Shown here: positions 59,469-64,000 of the stretch, one piece after another
Numbering within the stretch: position 1 is the first letter of the stretch
Layout: every line of letters begins with the position of its first letter
Source of the DNA: Verrucomicrobiota bacterium
Lineage (GTDB): Bacteria > Verrucomicrobiota > Verrucomicrobiia > Opitutales > Cerasicoccaceae
Direction: 5' to 3'
Assembly (NCBI GenBank): GCA_039818205.1
Contig: JBCBUK010000012.1
Coordinates: forward strand, 32,001 to 96,000
Length of the DNA: 64,000 bases
Notes under the pieces: generated by a model
Seen by the model: only the letters and a program-made list of their open reading frames with translations
What the model was told of the DNA's origin: nothing
Databases searched by the model: none
Translations under genes and position numbers: made by a program

Positions 59469-60195
59469 TGTACGATCCATTCTTGAACGCTTGCAAAGCG
59501 GCGAGCTGAGCGTCGAACAAGCTACCACCGAACTCCAAGGCTTCGAAGACCTGGGACATAGCCGCGTTGACCATCAGCGCGAGCAACGCAACGGTGCGCC
59601 CGAAGTAATCTTTGGTCAGGGCAAAACACCCGAACAGATCGTCGATATCGTCGGAAGCTTATCCGCCCGTGGTTCCAATGTGCTGGTTACTCGAGTTCAG
59701 GACGATGCGGTTGAGCCTCTGCTCAAGCAGTTTCCAGGCGCCAAGCACCATGCGATTGCGCGTCTCGTTTCACTTGAGACCTCCCCACCTGACCGCGCAG
59801 CGCACACCATTGCGATGGTTTGCGCCGGGACCTCTGACTTGCCGGTCGCCGAAGAAGCGCGATTAACCGCTGAGTTCTACGGCAATCCAGTACTGCAAGT
59901 TTATGACGCCGGTGTGGCTGGGCTACACCGGCTGCTCGCAAGCATTGACCAGATTCGACAGTGCCGAGTCGTGGTCGTGGTTGCCGGGATGGAAGGTGCT
60001 CTTCCCAGCGTTGTGGGCGGCCTAGTGGATGCCCCGGTTATCGCGGTGCCCACGAGCGTCGGATATGGCGCGAATTTTGGTGGGCTTTCAGCCCTCCTCG
60101 GTATGCTCAACAGCTGTGCAAGTGGCCTGAGTGTCGTGAACATCGACAACGGTTTCGGCGCAGGCTATTTAGCCAATCGCATTAACCGCCTGTAG
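59458..60195 (+). CDS. larB: NPN cofactor carboxylase/hydrolase LarB
   Basis: PEVIFGQGKT, AGTSDLPVAEEA, DAGVAGLHRL, AGMEGAL, PTSVGYG, MLNSCASG, VNIDNGFGA. Confidence 0.95.
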   Translation: MMADVRSILERLQSGELSVEQATTELQGFEDLGHSRVDHQREQRNGAPEVIFGQGKTPEQIVDIVGSLSARGSNVLVTRVQDDAVEPLLKQFPGAKHHAIARLVSLETSPPDRAAHTIAMVCAGTSDLPVAEEARLTAEFYGNPVLQVYDAGVAGLHRLLASIDQIRQCRVVVVVAGMEGALPSVVGGLVDAPVIAVPTSVGYGANFGGLSALLGMLNSCASGLSVVNIDNGFGAGYLANRINRL

Positions 60196-60631
60196 CTTGG
60201 AGACGCTTCTTAAGAAAGCGGTCTTTGTTTTCAATTTTCCAAAACTCCCAGCCAAGGTGGTGGTAGAAGCCGACCGCGCGTTTGGTTTCGTCGGTGTAGG
60301 TAGTCAGCCAAATTTCCTGATGCCCTTCTGAGGCGAGCCATTGCTCAACCATGCCGATGAGCTTGCCTCCAATACCGCGACCCTCGTATTCCTCCAGGAC
60401 GGCTATCACCCACATCTCTCCGGTAGAGCGGTTACCAATGGCAAAGCCGACAACCTGACCATCGGTCTCGCATAGCCATCCTTTGTGTGTATCGGTCAAC
60501 ATTTCGGAAACGGAGGCTCGCGTGATGCCCATACTCTCAAGGTCTTCACGACCAGTTGGAGTACTCCATGTGCGAACCCGCACATCGAAAATTTCTGGCA
60601 TATCAGCCGAAATGATCTTCCTGAACTCCAT
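60182..60631 (-). CDS. GNAT family N-acetyltransferase
   Basis: AVLEEYEGRGIGGKL, AVGFYHHLGW. Confidence 0.88.
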   Translation of the reverse strand: MEFRKIISADMPEIFDVRVRTWSTPTGREDLESMGITRASVSEMLTDTHKGWLCETDGQVVGFAIGNRSTGEMWVIAVLEEYEGRGIGGKLIGMVEQWLASEGHQEIWLTTYTDETKRAVGFYHHLGWEFWKIENKDRFLKKRLQATGG

Positions 60632-60717
60632 AGAAACTTCTGCTATTAAATAGGCATCAATAGTCACTTTGTATCAACATCAATACAAAACGAAGGATGT
60701 CAGTGTGATCGAAAAAC

Positions 60718-61722
60718 CTACGCTTTTCGGTGATGGCAGCAGCTTTCGTAGATCTCGCCGCCGTGCTTCATCGCATAGTCATCGAAGTGCTTGGCGTCGA
60801 AGTTCGCCGCAAACTCTTCGCGCTCCAATGGCGTCATCGGCTTGACCGGTGATGCCGCGACAGCGGCTTCCACGTAGGGCACTTTGTCCATTCCGACGAC
60901 CTGCGTGCAGACCTCGGGATAGCTCAACGAGTAGCTGATGATCTCGCTGATGTTCGTCTTGCCATGGAGCTGAGTACGGCGGCTACCGCCAAAACCCTTC
61001 ATGCCAAGAACAGCGATATCGTTTTCTTTACAAAGTGGCATCACGCGCTTCTCAAACTCACGAGATTTCAGCGCGCCGACTATCGAAACGGGCATCAAGG
61101 TCGCGTCCCAGTCGTAGCCGCCCTTAATCAAATCGACATGAATTTGCGGGTCCGTGTGGCCGGTGAAACCCGTGTAGCGAATCTTGCCCTGCTCCTTGGC
61201 GAGGTCGAGCGCAGCCAATGCACCATCGGACTCGTAAGCACGTTCGGCATCGTCGCCGGAGACATGGTGAAGCATCCACAAATCAATATGGTCAGTCTTC
61301 ATGCGGCGGAGGGAGTCTTCCAACATCTTCATCGCACCCGTTTTATCGTCGGAGTACTTACCACTATGGTAGATGCAGAATTTCGTCATGAGGAAGTATT
61401 TGTCGCGCGCAAATCGATCGAGTGCGACACCCATATACTCCTCGGCCTCGCCTCCGTGGTAATCCCAGGCGTTGTCGTAAAAGTTGATACCGAGGTCCAT
61501 CGCCTTGTCGACAATATCGTTGGCCTCCGTTTGGGAACCCGACAGGTAAAGCGTGTGCCCTCCCAAGCCTACCACGGTCAGTAGGTCATCGTGCTTGCCG
61601 AACTTGCGTTTGGGTATCGTGGTTTGCGCGGCGGCATCGGCCAATGCCTGCCCGGTTGATGCGCCCAAAACAGCGGCGGTTCCTAACGAAGACTTGAGGA
61701 AATGACGTCGGGACAAGCTCAT
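60718..61722 (-). CDS. Aldo/keto reductase with twin-arginine signal peptide
   Basis: SRRHFLK Tat motif with ALA cleavage site; GLGG, FYDNAWDY, MTK, SLRRMKTDHIDLWMLHH, GKIRYTGFTGH. Confidence 0.9.
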   Translation of the reverse strand: MSLSRRHFLKSSLGTAAVLGASTGQALADAAAQTTIPKRKFGKHDDLLTVVGLGGHTLYLSGSQTEANDIVDKAMDLGINFYDNAWDYHGGEAEEYMGVALDRFARDKYFLMTKFCIYHSGKYSDDKTGAMKMLEDSLRRMKTDHIDLWMLHHVSGDDAERAYESDGALAALDLAKEQGKIRYTGFTGHTDPQIHVDLIKGGYDWDATLMPVSIVGALKSREFEKRVMPLCKENDIAVLGMKGFGGSRRTQLHGKTNISEIISYSLSYPEVCTQVVGMDKVPYVEAAVAASPVKPMTPLEREEFAANFDAKHFDDYAMKHGGEIYESCCHHRKA

Positions 61723-61753
61723 GTCACGAAGTAATGTTAATCCACCGGATTAG

Positions 61754-62185
61754 TCAACATGAAGCCGCAGGTCGCGTCCCCTTCAACGGAAACAGCTTCG
61801 AAAAGAAACTACGGTTCCGGGCGACGACCCAATATCCCGCTTCAATCATCCAGGCAAACGGTGGAATGTGGTAGTACCAGCGGGCCGCCCAAGACCACTT
61901 GGGAGTGCGTTCCAAGGCGACGAGCACTGCCTCACCCGCTCGAAGGACCCGCCCATGTTCATCCAAATAGTGAACCGCGTAAGACAAGGCTGCCTCATCG
62001 AGCTCCGGAAATCGCTCCAACATCTCTTGGTAGGGCGCGAAGTCGACCCGGCTACCCGTTCGCTGCTGAATCCAAGCCGCACACCGGCAACAGAAGCGAC
62101 AGTCCCCGTCCCATAGCAAAATGGGGCGCTCGGGCGGATTTGCGACGATGGTAGGGAAAACCTGCATCATATTAAAAGATGCCAC
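61754..62185 (-). CDS. DCC1-like thiol-disulfide oxidoreductase (DUF393)
   Basis: WDGDCRFC, FAPYQ, YWVVARNR. Confidence 0.88.
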   Translation of the reverse strand: MASFNMMQVFPTIVANPPERPILLWDGDCRFCCRCAAWIQQRTGSRVDFAPYQEMLERFPELDEAALSYAVHYLDEHGRVLRAGEAVLVALERTPKWSWAARWYYHIPPFAWMIEAGYWVVARNRSFFSKLFPLKGTRPAASC

Positions 62186-62296
62186 AGAGGCTTCAAAAAT
62201 TCAAATGAACCATTAATCTACTATCCGAAGATAGGTATCACAAGTTTGATCATTGCCCAATTTTTGCATTCACTGGAAATACAGTCCGCAACTCCC

Positions 62297-64000
62297 ATGC
62301 ACCCCTTTCTCCCGAAAATCTGGACTTGGCTCGCCTCGATGAGCGCGGCGGCGCTTGCGCTGGCGCCCGCCGAAACCACTGCTGCTCAAGACGATGCATT
62401 TCCGCTGGATGAGCATGGCCATCTAAACTGGTCGGATTTCCGAGTTTTGATGGCGGAGAACTGTTTCGATTGTCACGGCGGATTTTTGAAGGAAGGTGGC
62501 GTTGACCTTTTTGCCATGCGGGAGGAATCCTCAATCGTCGAAAACCCTGAGCTTTGGGAATCGGTGTCCAAAGCGCTGCGGATTCACTACATGCCACCTG
62601 CCGATCACCGCAACTTTCCCACGCACCGCCGAGAAGCGATGGTGCGCACCGTCGATGCAGAGTTACTCGCTGCCGCCGAACAAGAACAAGCCGACCACGC
62701 GTCGTTGCGTCGCCTCAATCGCAATGAATTTGCCAACACCCTGCGCGATCTTCTTTTGGTCGACTATGCGGTCGAAGATGAGCTGCCGCCCGACGACTCA
62801 GGCTACGGCTTTGACAACAACGCCGACGTCCTTCCGGTTTCGCCATTGCTCTTGGAGAAGTATTTGAACGTGGCCGCGGACGTTGGTGAGCGCGCGGTGC
62901 CGCTGCCCATTGAGCCGCGCCAGGTTGATGTCTATGGCATCGAGATGGCTGGTTACAATGGCACCAACCGCAACAACGCTTATGTGGTGTACTCCGATGA
63001 GCAGCGAAGCTCGGCCCGCTACGCGTTCAAACATGTTGGCCAGGGTGACTACGAGGCGCGCATTTTCCTCGCCGGTCAGCAAGCAGGCGATGAACCCTGC
63101 CGTGCCCGGGTTGTGATCAACGGCAAATCGATGGGGGATTTCGTAGTCGAGGCCGAGGATATTGAAGACCCCTTGGTCGCCACCGTCCGCTTCACGGTCC
63201 GCAATGATCGACCCGCCTATTTCCGTATCGACCTGCTGAACGACTACTACAACAAAGACGCGCCGGAAGGAGAACCCAATGACCGAAACCTCATCGTAGG
63301 AGGCATGGAGATTGAGGGCCCGTTTCAAACCGAAGAAAACCTATACACGCCATTCCTGAAACGACATTTCGGGCAGATCCCCAATGAGGCACCCGAGGAT
63401 GTTCTGCGGGATGGAATCTGGCGATTTGCCAGCCGCGCCTATCGACGCCCAGCCGCGGCCGAGGAGATCAGCTCGCTCTGGGCCGTTTACACCGAAGAGA
63501 ATAAACGCACGAACAATCCACGGCGCGCCCTACGCGCCGTTGTCGATTCAGCACTGTCGTCCCCAAATTTCATTTTTCGCTGGGAGCCCAAGCACTCGCG
63601 TGATGAGTTCGCACTGGCGAGTTGGCTCTCTTACTTCATCTGGGGATCCATGCCCGACGACCAACTCTTTGACTTGGCCAAGGATGGCAACTTGCGGGCA
63701 AACCTGGAGAGTGAGATCAAGCGCATGTTATCCGACCCACGGGCGAAGGCATTGACCAATCATTTCGCGGCTCAATGGCTACAGTTTCGCGATCTAGATC
63801 AGTCTCATCCGGACCGGAAGAAATATCCACAGTTCAGCTACGGGCTCCGGCACTCGATGAAACAGGAGACCCAGCGTTTCTTTGAAGACTTGATCAAAAA
63901 AGACCGCTCCATCATGCGGGTACTCGATGCCGATTACACGTTTGCCAATAAACAGCTCGCCGAATTCTACGGCTTGTCCGAAGCTCCCGAAAAGGGCTTT
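62297..64000 (+). CDS. Planctomycete/Verrucomicrobia cytochrome c + DUF1587/DUF1595/DUF1592-type protein, runs off window end
   Basis: Translated by hand (absent from ORF track): signal peptide, CFDCH heme motif, MPP, LRRLNRNEFANTLRDLL, LPPDDSGYGFDN, LSYFIWGSMPD, FAAQWLQ. Confidence 0.88.
   Translation, partial: MHPFLPKIWTWLASMSAAALALAPAETTAAQDDAFPLDEHGHLNWSDFRVLMAENCFDCHGGFLKEGGVDLFAMREESSIVENPELWESVSKALRIHYMPPADHRNFPTHRREAMVRTVDAELLAAAEQEQADHASLRRLNRNEFANTLRDLLLVDYAVEDELPPDDSGYGFDNNADVLPVSPLLLEKYLNVAADVGERAVPLPIEPRQVDVYGIEMAGYNGTNRNNAYVVYSDEQRSSARYAFKHVGQGDYEARIFLAGQQAGDEPCRARVVINGKSMGDFVVEAEDIEDPLVATVRFTVRNDRPAYFRIDLLNDYYNKDAPEGEPNDRNLIVGGMEIEGPFQTEENLYTPFLKRHFGQIPNEAPEDVLRDGIWRFASRAYRRPAAAEEISSLWAVYTEENKRTNNPRRALRAVVDSALSSPNFIFRWEPKHSRDEFALASWLSYFIWGSMPDDQLFDLAKDGNLRANLESEIKRMLSDPRAKALTNHFAAQWLQFRDLDQSHPDRKKYPQFSYGLRHSMKQETQRFFEDLIKKDRSIMRVLDADYTFANKQLAEFYGLSEAPEKGF

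Noticed and set aside
1..64000. CRISPR arrays, tRNA/rRNA genes, transposases, integrases, prophage genes
   Set aside because: None recognised in the ORFs or in the intergenic gaps read by eye; short or degenerate elements could have been missed

Overview
Gene-dense bacterial chromosomal window, most likely Verrucomicrobiota (Opitutia-like). This is inferred from the gene complement: a DUF1587/DUF1592 cytochrome-c protein, an exosortase, MoxR-DUF58-BatA, three-gene sdhCAB and a divergent PilM-to-secretin cluster. It holds about 60 CDS, the RNase P RNA (rnpB) and a 31-aa basic ribosomal-type protein missed by the ORF track. I saw no tRNA, rRNA, CRISPR array or mobile element. Best candidates for new biology: (1) larE/larC/larB (nickel-pincer nucleotide, NPN, biosynthesis) with no larA in the window, but with a Tat-exported aldo/keto reductase one gene away as a possible alternative NPN-using enzyme; (2) a tightly coupled DinB - NRDE(TANGO2) - [alpha/beta hydrolase+DedA+ATP-grasp] operon of unknown chemistry; (3) a PilMNOP/secretin-like machine directly followed by a 1808-aa RCC1/Ig/FN3 surface protein. 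Smaller oddities: an RluA-like protein lacking the catalytic Asp, a prenyl synthase with a degenerate second Asp-rich motif, a binding-protein-TolC fusion and tandem paralogous lipoproteins. All calls rest on motifs read by eye; no database searches were run.
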